Shown here: one piece after another, positions 9,422 through 19,836 of the stretch
Layout of the letters: every line of letters begins with the position of its first letter
How positions within the stretch are numbered: position 1 is the first letter of the stretch
IMG/VR virus record: IMGVR_UViG_3300031857_000007
Direction: 5' to 3' (one strand)
Length of the DNA stretch: 64,000 nucleotides
DNA from: a virus
Lineage: Duplodnaviria > Caudoviricetes
Translations under genes and position numbers: made by a program
The notes under the pieces: generated by a model
Told to the model about the DNA's origin: nothing
The model's input: the letters and a program-made list of their open reading frames with translations, nothing else
Database searches by the model: none

Positions 9422-10092
9422 TTTTTCAAAACCTCAACTTGTAATTTTGGAACGTCAACTCTCTCTGCATAAACATGATAAAAACAATCAATGGGAATAC
9501 CAGATTTTGATTGTAAGAATATTTTATTTTCTCCTATTCTTTTTACAATAATATCCTGATGAGCGCCAATTGGTTGCAATTGAACAGTAATTGATTGTGG
9601 GTTTATTAATTTTGTCCAATAATTTGGAAGATTAATTTCTGTTTTGTTAGTTATTCTACCTCTAACATAAACGCCAATTTCTGGACCTTCCAGACATGAA
9701 TGGACCAAATTTTGTCTTTCTGGATCTAATGGGTGATCTATTTCAAAGTTTTTAACTCCAGCTTTTAATACAGAAGTTAATATTACATGAGATTTTATAT
9801 ACTTAACTGATAGTAAATAATCAATCTTCAAATATCCTTTAATTCTAGCAAAAGTTTTTACAAATAAAGAATAAAATGGCAAAGGCTTCATATCAATATT
9901 TGTTGTTTCTGTACAAGTTACTGTACCAAACTCTGTTGGAATCGGTTTTGATACTGATGATGGATCACCAACAAATTCAGGTCCTTGAATAAAGGCAGAT
10001 CCTCTTACAACTCTCCTTCCTCTGCCTAAAATTTCTGGTCTTCCTAGACCACAAAAAAGTTGTCTTCCTATTGCTAAATCTGGAACTTTCAT
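9418..10092 (-). CDS. Baseplate/tail-associated protein with FEIxHP...LEGPE C-terminal domain
   Basis: C-terminus paralogous to 8687..9421. Confidence 0.55.
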   Translation of the reverse strand: MKVPDLAIGRQLFCGLGRPEILGRGRRVVRGSAFIQGPEFVGDPSSVSKPIPTEFGTVTCTETTNIDMKPLPFYSLFVKTFARIKGYLKIDYLLSVKYIKSHVILTSVLKAGVKNFEIDHPLDPERQNLVHSCLEGPEIGVYVRGRITNKTEINLPNYWTKLINPQSITVQLQPIGAHQDIIVKRIGENKIFLQSKSGIPIDCFYHVYAERVDVPKLQVEVLKK

Positions 10093-10098
10093 AATTTT

Positions 10099-10665
10099 TT
10101 ACTGATTTTCGTCTTCGTTTTCTGATTTGAGTAGAGACCTGACATTCACAGTCGCACCATCTGCACAATCAATGAATCCAGAATATATATCCAAATAATT
10201 TTGAGATATAATTTTTGTACTTCCTGAAGAAAAGAATCTAGATGCAGTGCTAGATTTAATCTTAACATTGTTACCTGTTATATTTACTGCTTCATTTCCG
10301 TGGATATTTACAACACCATTTTTATTATCACCACCAGTTGCAATTATATCAATATTTTCTGCATTAATTCTTATCCTACCTCTCGGAGCATTTAACCAAA
10401 GATCTCCATTTAAAGCTTCGACAACAACCGCAAATTGATTTTTCTTAGTGTCTCTGCCTGCCTGAACAGTAAAAGTTCCTGGACATACATTTGTTGTCCA
10501 ACCTTTTCTTTTACTGTCGGAATCAAATTGCATGTAATGTTCGCTATCATATCCACTTCTAACCATAAAGGAAGATAGAACATTATCTTCGTGTATATGA
10601 CCAAACTTTATTTCGCCATCCTTATTTCCGTATCTGATTGTATGATAATTTTCTTTTTTTGCCAT
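10099..10665 (-). CDS. Putative spike beta-helix protein (gp5 C-terminal-like)
   Basis: Directly after gp5; alternating I/V-x beta pattern (NIDIIA, VNIHGNEAVNITGNNVKIKS). Confidence 0.45.
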   Translation of the reverse strand: MAKKENYHTIRYGNKDGEIKFGHIHEDNVLSSFMVRSGYDSEHYMQFDSDSKRKGWTTNVCPGTFTVQAGRDTKKNQFAVVVEALNGDLWLNAPRGRIRINAENIDIIATGGDNKNGVVNIHGNEAVNITGNNVKIKSSTASRFFSSGSTKIISQNYLDIYSGFIDCADGATVNVRSLLKSENEDENQ

Positions 10666-12968
10666 TATACTCTACCTACACAATCGACTACGCTTAAAAT
10701 TGAATTTGGAGAAACTTGATCTACTTCGTCTTGCAATTCATCTCCAATTCTTCTAATACAAAGAACAGGTAATAATTCTGCATTATAACCTGTTTCAGTT
10801 TCAATTGCAAATATTGGTCTTTCTTTGTAACCAATACCACTATTTTTAACTAATACTTTTTCTATAGATCCAGATGAATCAAGGACGAGTTCTAAATCTG
10901 CTCCATTATTTGGTGTAACTGTTATTTTGTCATTCTTTGAATAGTTAATTCCACTATTTTGAACAACAACTTCACACAGATATAGAACTACTGGGTAAAC
11001 TCCTTCGGAACTTGTTGGATAATTGTCTAGATTTCTTGGAGAAATTGGAGAATTTTGTGTTGAAATGGTTACCGTCGATTTGTTATTTGCCACTATTTTT
11101 TCACCAGGAGGTATTGAAATGGTTCCAATTTCTTGATTATCTTCGTCCAAGATAATACCACTCGCACCAATAGAATCTCTTGGAACATATATTTCATCTC
11201 CAGGATTCAACTCAACAGTTTCTCCGAGATCATATGGAGTATCATATGTTCCATCAGATCTAAAAACAATCGCTTGATCTGGTCTTGCCCATTCTCTATC
11301 ATCACCACCAAGACTTCCATCAGGTGCGGGAAGATAATCTGTTCCAGGATCAGTTATTACAACATCACTAACGGTTCCGTCATCGTTTATTCTAACATAT
11401 CCAGTTGCACCATCACCCTTTCCACAATCGTCTTTAAAGGATATAAAAGGAGGGTTAGTGTAACCTTGTCCAGGAGTTATAATATCTACACCTATTATAT
11501 CGCCAATAGCACTAACTATCACATTTCCAGATGCTCCGGATCCACCTCCACCATAAAACTCTACTTTTGGTGGACCACAAAATACGGGACCAACATTGCA
11601 AGTATCTTGAAAGATATCAGAGAAATCCATATTAAAATTAAAGTTATCTAAGTTTGCTGCATTTTTGACGGATAATCCAATACTTTTTGCTTTATTGAAA
11701 ATAGAATTTATATCTACAGTTATATTTCCGCCATTATTACCAGCTCCGTCCCATATACTCCACTGATCAATTTCTGGACATGAAGATTTTTCATCACAAG
11801 AAATAAAAGATAATATTTGTCTTAATGTTCCAAAAATCTCTTCGCCCAAACTTATTGCAGTCCCTAATATTGCATTAATAGGACCCAATGCAGAGTCAAC
11901 AAGACCACTTATCAATCCAAAAATTTTTCCTAGAATAGAAGCTATAATATTTTCAACTGCACATAAAGGAACATTTATGAATCTATCAATAAGTTTTTCC
12001 AAAAGAGATATTAGCATATTAATAAGATTGCTAATAATCTTATTAAAAATACATGAAATAGAATTGACTGCCTTTTTAGTAGCCTTTAAAAGGTCATCTC
12101 TTTCATTTGGAAATAGATAATCATGAAATTCTTTTAACCTATCAACAGTTTGTTCTAAGACAAATTCTCTAATGCCATTGATAATATTTTTGAAAAATTT
12201 AGATACGTCCTCAGCAGCTTCTCTAAGTATTCTTTGAATATCTCCTTGTAAGTTTGAAACTGAAGATTGCCAAGATTTAAGTTTTGAATTGACATCTTGA
12301 ATTTTTTGTATTGCTTTTTGCAATGCTAATTGAATTCCCTTAGCATCATTTCCACCACAAGCAGATACCTTCGCTGCAGAACTTTTCTTTTTCCCAGCTT
12401 TTTTCTGTTGCTGATCTGCAATATTTGTTCTATTTGAAGAAGATGCTGTTCCTCCTTCTATTGGTTTAGAATTGTTTGTTGCCTTTCCACCACTTCCCTC
12501 TGCAGGTATTCCATATACGGGAACAGTTTCTCCCGATAGTCCACTAAAAGGTTCGAATCCACTCTGACCTTGTTTATATTTTAGTGGAGTTTGATCGTTA
12601 TTTGCCAAACAACCAATGATAATTGGTTCATTTGCGTCTCTTCCGTCCTTGAAGAATCCTATTACAATCGTACCCTTTCTAATATTTGGGGACTGATATG
12701 AAAGTGCATGACCACTACCTCCAGTGACAGGAAGCATCACTTCACACATTTCTAAATCATTATCAGAAAGACTGCTTTTTGTCTCAGCATGTCTTCCAAC
12801 AATTCTTACTTTATATCTGCTTCCCCATCCAGGAAGTTGTCCAGACTCTTTCCACTTCGATCTTAATTCATTTGTCTTCCAGACTTTATCATCAACAACT
12901 TCCCCAATCCACCAATAAAAACCATTACCACCAATTACTTCAGGGTTAAAAACTGCACTATCTGTCAT
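10665..12968 (-). CDS. gp5: Baseplate hub/central spike gp5-like protein (no lysozyme domain seen)
   Basis: N-terminal OB-fold motifs FYWWIGEVVD, GSRYKVRIVGRH, GTIVIGFFKDG...PIIIG. Confidence 0.8.
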   Translation of the reverse strand: MTDSAVFNPEVIGGNGFYWWIGEVVDDKVWKTNELRSKWKESGQLPGWGSRYKVRIVGRHAETKSSLSDNDLEMCEVMLPVTGGSGHALSYQSPNIRKGTIVIGFFKDGRDANEPIIIGCLANNDQTPLKYKQGQSGFEPFSGLSGETVPVYGIPAEGSGGKATNNSKPIEGGTASSSNRTNIADQQQKKAGKKKSSAAKVSACGGNDAKGIQLALQKAIQKIQDVNSKLKSWQSSVSNLQGDIQRILREAAEDVSKFFKNIINGIREFVLEQTVDRLKEFHDYLFPNERDDLLKATKKAVNSISCIFNKIISNLINMLISLLEKLIDRFINVPLCAVENIIASILGKIFGLISGLVDSALGPINAILGTAISLGEEIFGTLRQILSFISCDEKSSCPEIDQWSIWDGAGNNGGNITVDINSIFNKAKSIGLSVKNAANLDNFNFNMDFSDIFQDTCNVGPVFCGPPKVEFYGGGGSGASGNVIVSAIGDIIGVDIITPGQGYTNPPFISFKDDCGKGDGATGYVRINDDGTVSDVVITDPGTDYLPAPDGSLGGDDREWARPDQAIVFRSDGTYDTPYDLGETVELNPGDEIYVPRDSIGASGIILDEDNQEIGTISIPPGEKIVANNKSTVTISTQNSPISPRNLDNYPTSSEGVYPVVLYLCEVVVQNSGINYSKNDKITVTPNNGADLELVLDSSGSIEKVLVKNSGIGYKERPIFAIETETGYNAELLPVLCIRRIGDELQDEVDQVSPNSILSVVDCVGRV

Positions 12969-13180
12969 TAGTCGTAAACTCTACATTCTGATGCGTCAGG
13001 ATGGGTATCGCAATATAATTCAAGTGGAGTTGGATCATGATCCTCTCCTGGGTGATTTTCTCTATATTTTTCTAAAGACTCAACTTCATCTTCTAAATGT
13101 CTTTTTCTTTGAGCACTAACTGTAGTGCTATCAATTTCTTTTCTATTATTGTCAATGTGTTGGTTGATAGTTCTTTCCAT
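12968..13180 (-). CDS. cp12: CP12 Calvin-cycle inhibitor (phage type)
   Basis: C-terminal DPTPLELYCDTHPDASECRVYD Cys pair. Confidence 0.85.
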   Translation of the reverse strand: MERTINQHIDNNRKEIDSTTVSAQRKRHLEDEVESLEKYRENHPGEDHDPTPLELYCDTHPDASECRVYD

Positions 13181-13186
13181 GGTTTT

Positions 13187-14524
13187 CTATGCTATTTTCC
13201 TATTTGGATTAGGCTTTCTGCCATAAGAATCCCTTACTAGATTTAATTTAGTATAGGACTTTTGAGGTTCGATTAAAGTTATAACATCTGATATCATATA
13301 TATACCACTATCTTTAGTACTTACTTTCTGATTTTTTTCAGAAGACATTTCAATAAAATCACAAAAAATTAAATCGCCTGCCCTAAGACTCATATCTGTT
13401 GCTATAGTTATGGACATTTTAATTGTGAACAATTGATTATATCTACTTGCGGATTGTGCAACAATAGATTTTACGTCATAGTCAAATTCTTTTGATTTCT
13501 TAATTGGTTTTAATATACCAACAGGTTGTATTTTACTTATTATTCTTGTTGGTTTATCTGATATTTCTTTTGGAAAACATGGCAATTTATACCCCGCATA
13601 ATTCAATCCGTCAGATTCTGATTCTGATGGGATTACTTCATTTTCGTCGTAATTATTTCTATAAAGATCATATGTTCTAACTTGAGTTCCATATGCACCA
13701 ATCATTAATTTTTCTTGAACGTCAATATTGATATGAAATGATTTACTTACAATTTTTCCATCATACGTCGGCGGTGGCAATCCTTCAACAACTCCGTCAT
13801 GAATATAAGATTTATAAGATCTTTTTTCATGATCCAAAAGAGTGTCAATAGATTTAAACTGAAATCCATTATAATTTTCAAAAAAGAAATATCCAGCAGT
13901 TTTTCCAGAAGCTCCTTTAATATCTGGAACAGATCTTTTTGCTAACCAAGTACATTTATATAAAGGTTTTTCCGTGTGACCATTAAAACTATATGAGTTA
14001 ATCGTCGGATCTACATGTATATTTTTTTCAGTCTTTAAAGTCTTCTTCAAAATAGAAGTAACAGAATCTGATATTTTTCCATCATATCGTTGCACAACTC
14101 TTGTTTCTTGTAATTCATTTATTAAAAATTCTCTTGTTACCAAGTCTATAACAAAAACCATATTCTGGTTGCTTTCTATTCTATTTCTTATTTTTCCAAT
14201 ATAAAGAGACTTTTCATTGGAAAATGAAATTTTATTTCCATATCCATCCACAAACTCTAATTCAACTTTTTCTCCACCACAAAGATCTAAACCTTCAATT
14301 AAACCAACTCGGTCTTTTGTATTTCCCTTAGATAATGCATATCCAGTATCTGCAATTGTTGCAGTTGCCTTTATACAGTTTTCAAGAACACTTTCGTGGT
14401 AAATTAAACTTACGAATCCATTACCACCAATAACATTGACAACATTATTATTGCAATTAGATGTTATCTCAAATCTAGTTACATTTACTAAAAGTGATGC
14501 TTTATTTCCTAAAATTACTGACAT
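13187..14524 (-). CDS. Baseplate hub protein (gp27-like)
   Basis: Position in the tail module; YHESV...D, GYFFFENYNGFQFKSID, LRAGD, SGIYMI motifs of hub proteins. Confidence 0.6.
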   Translation of the reverse strand: MSVILGNKASLLVNVTRFEITSNCNNNVVNVIGGNGFVSLIYHESVLENCIKATATIADTGYALSKGNTKDRVGLIEGLDLCGGEKVELEFVDGYGNKISFSNEKSLYIGKIRNRIESNQNMVFVIDLVTREFLINELQETRVVQRYDGKISDSVTSILKKTLKTEKNIHVDPTINSYSFNGHTEKPLYKCTWLAKRSVPDIKGASGKTAGYFFFENYNGFQFKSIDTLLDHEKRSYKSYIHDGVVEGLPPPTYDGKIVSKSFHINIDVQEKLMIGAYGTQVRTYDLYRNNYDENEVIPSESESDGLNYAGYKLPCFPKEISDKPTRIISKIQPVGILKPIKKSKEFDYDVKSIVAQSASRYNQLFTIKMSITIATDMSLRAGDLIFCDFIEMSSEKNQKVSTKDSGIYMISDVITLIEPQKSYTKLNLVRDSYGRKPNPNRKIA

Positions 14525-14525
14525 C

Positions 14526-17500
14526 TTATACTAAGGATTCTGCAATATTATTACTATCTATAGAAGAACTAGAAAATCCGCCCAAATACCCACCACCAGA
14601 AGTAGATTCTCTAATAACTTCTTTTTGTTTTATAATAATATAATTACTTGCGATTTCATAATCAGTTTGAGACTTTAATGGTCCCACTGATCTTAGATTC
14701 TGCTGTGGCATTAATGCAGATACATCATAATCACTTTTTGGTCTATATCCACCACCAGGAAGTTTCATCTTGTTTGGATCAACAGTAGAAGCAATTCCAA
14801 AGGCTTGTTTATGATTTGATCTAATTGCAGCATATGTGCGTGAAGTTATTTCTTCAGTTTTTCCACCTTTTCTTTGCCAGTATTTTCCATTCGCATAAAA
14901 ATATTCAGTATCACCAACCCTACCAAACCCAGAAACTCTTCCTGTTGGTTGTTCTGCAAGATTTGGATTTTGTCTTGGTGGCGGATCTATTTTTGTTGGT
15001 GCAGATCCCAACTTTTCAACTCTAACATCAATAATACCACTTCCACCCAATCGGTCCATGGCAGCTTTACTTAAATCAATAATCCTTCTTGGATGAGGTC
15101 TTAATGGATAAATCGGTTCTCCATTAGAATGCATTGCAAAAGGTCCAGTATCATTTACTCTTACTCTTACTCTTTTTCCGTTTAAAAGATTTGTAACTTC
15201 AACGTAAAATGGTTTAGTTCCAACCCCCCATCCAGGTTGATACATAGCAGCTGTCAATCTATTTGTATCGAACCTTTCACCAGAAGCAGTTCTTCTGCCT
15301 TGAAATCCAGGACCATACCAACTTGCTTGCCCTGTTATAGAATTTCCAGATCTTCTCATTGAAGAAACTTTTGCTAAAGATTCCCCCAAATTTTGTCTCT
15401 GCAGTCTTGCCATTTCTTCTGGATTGGCGGGACCTTTTTTCAAGTGACCTAATAGATAAGTTTTTCCTGCAGAATCTTGGATTAGAAGAACATTTCCATA
15501 TCCTGCATTATATCCAGGCACATATTTTACAAATTTTAAACCTCCTGTGAGTTGAATTGGTGTTCCCTCGGGTATTCCATAATCAAGTCCTTTATGCTCT
15601 TTACCCCATCTCCATCCCATTCCAGATGTAAATGACCAAGAATCTAAAGGTTTTCCTCCAACCATAACATTTTTTAAAACATTTGCAGGTATACTTCCAC
15701 CTGCACCACTATAACCATCACCAGTCTCAATGTGAATGTGAGGTCCAGTCGAACTTCCAGTAGATCCAACAAATCCAATGACTTGAGTTCCTGGCAAAAA
15801 TCCTTGATAATCACCGTCTCCAGGGATTGGACCTCTTAAACTATCCGTTGCAGGATCCCTTAAAGAAAGTTCTTTTGTAATGTTTATAAAAATTTCATTT
15901 AATCTAGTTTGTATTAGATTTGAAAAAGACTTGTTTAAAATATCAGTAAGTTGATTACCAACATCTTGTCCAGCTTGAGGAATGACTCCACCATTTGCCA
16001 TTCCATATATTTGTCTTTGTAACTCGGAAATAGATAATTGAACTTTATTGTCTATGATACTCTGTATGGTTGCTCCGAAAAAGTTGCTGATAGATCCATA
16101 AACAGATCTGCTTGGTTTTTGTCCCATAGCAATATCAACAGAGGCTCCCATAACAGGACCAAATAAAGGAATTCTCTTCAATATTTCAGAAGTTTTCTTC
16201 AGAGACCTTAGAGCACTTTTTTGTCCCGGTACTTCTTTTGAGAATAGTTTTTCAATTTTTCCCTTACCACCAACGTCCTTACCTGGAAGTGTCTTTTGTG
16301 GCGGAACTTTAGTGACCTTTGCTTTTCTAGTTCGTTTTATAGTTCTGCCAACAGAACCACCAACTACTTTTCCAGATCTAGTAACTGGTCCACCCTTAGC
16401 ATATTTTGTTGGTTTTTGTCTTTGGGATATTGTGTCATATAGTGCTCCACCAACGATATCTCCCAAAATACCACCAAGAATAGTTCCGGCAAAAGGAATA
16501 GGAATAAAAGTTCCTAATGCGGATCCAATTGTAGCACCAACTGCTTTTGCTGCTGCTCTTCCTGGTTTTTCTCCAGACCATAAAGCAAATAGAAAATCGA
16601 CTAGTCCACCAATAATTGGAATTCTACCAAAAACTTTTCCTGCTAATTTACCAGCAAACTTTTTAGATCCAGACTTTGCAATTTGTCCTGCGGTTTCTCC
16701 AGAAATTCCTCTTCTTAATTGTGCCCCAGCAGCACGTCTAGCAGCCTTGTCTGCTGCCCGTTGAGCTATTTTTTGTTGACTGGTTATTCCTTTTCCTTCT
16801 ATAGTTCCGGGTTTTACACCTTCAGGAAGTGATTGAGGTTTATATCCATATCTTCCTGCAGATTGAGCCCCAGCAACAGTTCCTTGTGGTTTTATTTTTC
16901 TTTCATTGCTCCCTGTTTTTATGCCAGAGGCTGCCATCGCAGCAATTATTGTTGCATTTAATGCTAGATTTAAATTTTTAGAAAATTCATCAAATTTTTT
17001 CCCAGCGTCCTTTCCACCAATATTTTCGACAATAGATTCAAATTTTTTCTTGGTATCATACCCAAAATCAATAAAATTGACAATACCATTAAGTATATTA
17101 CCAGAAAAGTCTTCTACAAAATTAAATATTGGAGATAGATTTCTAGCAATATTAAGCAACTGTGGTATTTTTCCACTTAATTTATCAAAAATAAATCCAA
17201 AAAAAGTATATAAGAAAAATCTCTTAATGGCACCAAAAATATCAAACCCTACTTTTGGTATAACATTCTTTGAAGATAATCCTTTAGGTGAAGAAGATTC
17301 TAATTTTTTTTCTCTAGATACAAATCTTTTTTTCTCAGTTGCTCTTCTTTTTCTTTCTACTTCTTTTTTATTGTAAACTGTTGTATTTTCTAAAATTTTA
17401 GAAATAATTTGAAGCTTTTTCTTTATATCTAAAAATTGATCAGAAACAGAAACATTATCTTTTTCAGTCTTTAAATCTTCCGGATTGATTTTGGCATTAT

Positions 17501-17609
17501 CCCTTTTCTTGACATTTGATATTGGTACCAATATTTTTTTGGCAGCAATACTTAAATTATTTGTTCTTTTTGAGGGTGGTAATAATTTTTTTGAATCTAT
17601 TACTGCCAT
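14526..17609 (-). CDS. Tape-measure/gp29-like virion protein with M23 peptidase and RlpA-type lytic transglycosylase domains
   Basis: GSTGSSTGPHIH, HKGLD and GHL (M23); GQASWYGPGFQGRRTASGE...TAA...RVNDTGP...IIDLS (RlpA DPBB); hydrophobic Gly/Ala-rich segment. Confidence 0.75.
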   Translation of the reverse strand: MAVIDSKKLLPPSKRTNNLSIAAKKILVPISNVKKRDNAKINPEDLKTEKDNVSVSDQFLDIKKKLQIISKILENTTVYNKKEVERKRRATEKKRFVSREKKLESSSPKGLSSKNVIPKVGFDIFGAIKRFFLYTFFGFIFDKLSGKIPQLLNIARNLSPIFNFVEDFSGNILNGIVNFIDFGYDTKKKFESIVENIGGKDAGKKFDEFSKNLNLALNATIIAAMAASGIKTGSNERKIKPQGTVAGAQSAGRYGYKPQSLPEGVKPGTIEGKGITSQQKIAQRAADKAARRAAGAQLRRGISGETAGQIAKSGSKKFAGKLAGKVFGRIPIIGGLVDFLFALWSGEKPGRAAAKAVGATIGSALGTFIPIPFAGTILGGILGDIVGGALYDTISQRQKPTKYAKGGPVTRSGKVVGGSVGRTIKRTRKAKVTKVPPQKTLPGKDVGGKGKIEKLFSKEVPGQKSALRSLKKTSEILKRIPLFGPVMGASVDIAMGQKPSRSVYGSISNFFGATIQSIIDNKVQLSISELQRQIYGMANGGVIPQAGQDVGNQLTDILNKSFSNLIQTRLNEIFINITKELSLRDPATDSLRGPIPGDGDYQGFLPGTQVIGFVGSTGSSTGPHIHIETGDGYSGAGGSIPANVLKNVMVGGKPLDSWSFTSGMGWRWGKEHKGLDYGIPEGTPIQLTGGLKFVKYVPGYNAGYGNVLLIQDSAGKTYLLGHLKKGPANPEEMARLQRQNLGESLAKVSSMRRSGNSITGQASWYGPGFQGRRTASGERFDTNRLTAAMYQPGWGVGTKPFYVEVTNLLNGKRVRVRVNDTGPFAMHSNGEPIYPLRPHPRRIIDLSKAAMDRLGGSGIIDVRVEKLGSAPTKIDPPPRQNPNLAEQPTGRVSGFGRVGDTEYFYANGKYWQRKGGKTEEITSRTYAAIRSNHKQAFGIASTVDPNKMKLPGGGYRPKSDYDVSALMPQQNLRSVGPLKSQTDYEIASNYIIIKQKEVIRESTSGGGYLGGFSSSSIDSNNIAESLV

Positions 17610-17610
17610 T

Positions 17611-19668
17611 TTATGCTATTCCATAAATTGACTTGTTAATCTTTTGATTAATGCTGTATTGATCAGGAATGTTGGGAACATTTGTAGAACCTCTTGTCTG
17701 AGCAATTGGACCAATGTTCCTAACAATATCTGGCAACTGAATAACACTAACATTTGCTCCACCTCTAACTGGAGGTCCAGGAAGAGTAAGTTTTGATTGT
17801 GGTCCAATATTAATTGGTTGTCCGCGAAGATTTGCATATCCATCGGGTTCATAACCCATTTGTCTCATTACTTCTTCTTGACGTTTTGCTGCACCTCTTA
17901 TTGTTTGTACATTAGAACCAAAATTCCTAAAAGCATCTCTAATTATAGTTGACGAAGATGATGCTCTTTGTTTGGGAAAACTAACTTGTGTAGAATCATA
18001 TGGACTCCATTCACGTATTACGCTAGGAGCATTTGGATTTTGATTATATCTCTGAACAGATTTTGGAGAAAATCTATGTCCCTCTTTCTGATTAACGACA
18101 CTTCTGTTCAGCGGTATTCCAAGAAACTTATTCTGTATGCCCATTTCAGAATACCTTGGAGATATAACGCTTCCAGTTCCAGGAAGAAATCGCCCAAGTT
18201 GATTTAGTATACCAGACCCCAATGGTTGTTGACTTCTATTATTTCTACTAAGTCCCTGTATTGATGCAAGAGTTTGATTTACCGACCCCATACCTATTCT
18301 AGGAGTTACTGAAGATCCAATAACTCCTCCATTTTTATGAGTTTCTATTCCAGATCCAAGAAACGTTGGTTTATTTGCATTTGGTCCACCAAAAATTCTA
18401 TTCCAAGATAATAGACGATCTCTACCGATTGCGTTAACAGCATCGGTATTCATTACAACTTCACCTTTCTTTAGAATACCTGTGCCCCCTCCTTCTATTG
18501 GAAGTGCTTGAGTATCTTGCCCAGCACCAGAAACTTTAGTGCCAGTTTGATCAGTTACCAATCCACTAAAACCAGATACTGTGCCGCCACTAGAATACAT
18601 TGCGCCAGGAACTGGTGCGACAATTGCTTGATTGGATTGTCCCAATTTTAATTCTTGACCAGCAAAAAAGTTGCCAAATTTTTTGTACCAAGGTAAGTTT
18701 GGATTTTTTTCTTCGATTTGGATATTTTTTCTTTGTTCTTCTAGAAAAGGTTTTATTCTTTCTCTTTCTTTAGATCTTGCAATTGTTCCCGCAACAGAAG
18801 TGGTTACAACTAAACTTGTTAAAGGATTTGCTTTTATTAGAGATAATATCTTTGGAGTGAATTTAGCAAGAGTCGCTATTGTAGATCTAACAAACTTTCC
18901 AAATGGAGTTGCAAATAATACAAACGCTGCTAATATACTGGGCCACCAATCTTTCAAAAATTGTTTTAATGTTGCTATTTTTTTCTTATTTTTTGGATCT
19001 GCAAACCATTTTGTGAGTTTTACAAATGCTCTACCCAATAATGTAAAAAATATAAATTTAAAAATACTATCTAAAATGTTTTGGACCGGTGCTAGCATTT
19101 TAGTTGCTAGAGAAACCATTTTCTGTATTGGTTTTTCTAGTTCACTTTCTCTATTTCTTCTACTAGTATTTTCTTCTTTCTTTCTTTCACTTTCTGCACT
19201 AGTTTTGGCATATTGATTTTGTACCAATAATCTATGCAATATATTATCTAAAGTAGAAGCAATACCTTCCAAAGATTTTTTAACACCTTTACCCAAAGAA
19301 GGTTCTTTAACTTCAGGAATTACTGCTTTTCCTGCAAGAAAAAATTTCTCTTTAGATACCCTAATTGGTCCAGTTACACCTATATTTTCTGCCGTTATCT
19401 TCTTTTTTTTAATTTTAAATTTGCCAATTTTATTTTTTACTCTTTTAAATTCATCCTGAAGGAGCATAGCTCTATCAGTAGATTTTTCTTGTCCTTTATT
19501 TACTTTCTGTAGTTCTGTAAAAAGAATCTGCTTATATTCGCCATAAGTAAAATCGTAAAGTTCTTCTATCCCAAGTATCTCAAGAATCCTTTCGTCAATG
19601 TCCTCAGTGACAAAATCAGATTCTCTCGTTCCCTCGTACAGTGCAAGTTTTCCTGCTTCAACTGCCAT
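17611..19668 (-). CDS. Tape-measure/gp29-like virion protein
   Basis: Charged coiled-coil N-terminus, hydrophobic middle and GGxV motifs resembling the adjacent 1027-aa protein. Confidence 0.5.
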   Translation of the reverse strand: MAVEAGKLALYEGTRESDFVTEDIDERILEILGIEELYDFTYGEYKQILFTELQKVNKGQEKSTDRAMLLQDEFKRVKNKIGKFKIKKKKITAENIGVTGPIRVSKEKFFLAGKAVIPEVKEPSLGKGVKKSLEGIASTLDNILHRLLVQNQYAKTSAESERKKEENTSRRNRESELEKPIQKMVSLATKMLAPVQNILDSIFKFIFFTLLGRAFVKLTKWFADPKNKKKIATLKQFLKDWWPSILAAFVLFATPFGKFVRSTIATLAKFTPKILSLIKANPLTSLVVTTSVAGTIARSKERERIKPFLEEQRKNIQIEEKNPNLPWYKKFGNFFAGQELKLGQSNQAIVAPVPGAMYSSGGTVSGFSGLVTDQTGTKVSGAGQDTQALPIEGGGTGILKKGEVVMNTDAVNAIGRDRLLSWNRIFGGPNANKPTFLGSGIETHKNGGVIGSSVTPRIGMGSVNQTLASIQGLSRNNRSQQPLGSGILNQLGRFLPGTGSVISPRYSEMGIQNKFLGIPLNRSVVNQKEGHRFSPKSVQRYNQNPNAPSVIREWSPYDSTQVSFPKQRASSSSTIIRDAFRNFGSNVQTIRGAAKRQEEVMRQMGYEPDGYANLRGQPINIGPQSKLTLPGPPVRGGANVSVIQLPDIVRNIGPIAQTRGSTNVPNIPDQYSINQKINKSIYGIA

Positions 19669-19825
19669 TTTGTTGTTGCTTGAGTTTTTCTTCTTCTAAA
19701 TGATTTTTCAATAATGCAACGTAAACATCCCTTTCCCAAGGAATCATATTTTCAATCTCAGTTAATGAGTATTTATGATACTGCATTAAGGCAAAATTTA
19801 ATTGAAAATAATTTTCAAGGTCCAT
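19658..19825 (-). CDS. gp51: Baseplate hub assembly protein gp51
   Basis: Hand translation MDLENYFQLNFALMQYHKYSLTEIENMIPWERDVYVALL...; follows gp26. Confidence 0.8.
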   Translation of the reverse strand: MDLENYFQLNFALMQYHKYSLTEIENMIPWERDVYVALLKNHLEEEKLKQQQNGS

Positions 19826-19836
19826 ATGGACCATTC

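Noticed and set aside
11133-11651. 172-aa plus-strand ORF inside gp5
   Set aside because: Antisense shadow ORF.
16312-19216. Long plus-strand ORFs (16312..16764, 16906..17376, 18671..19216)
   Set aside because: Antisense to well-supported tail genes, with shadow-like composition.
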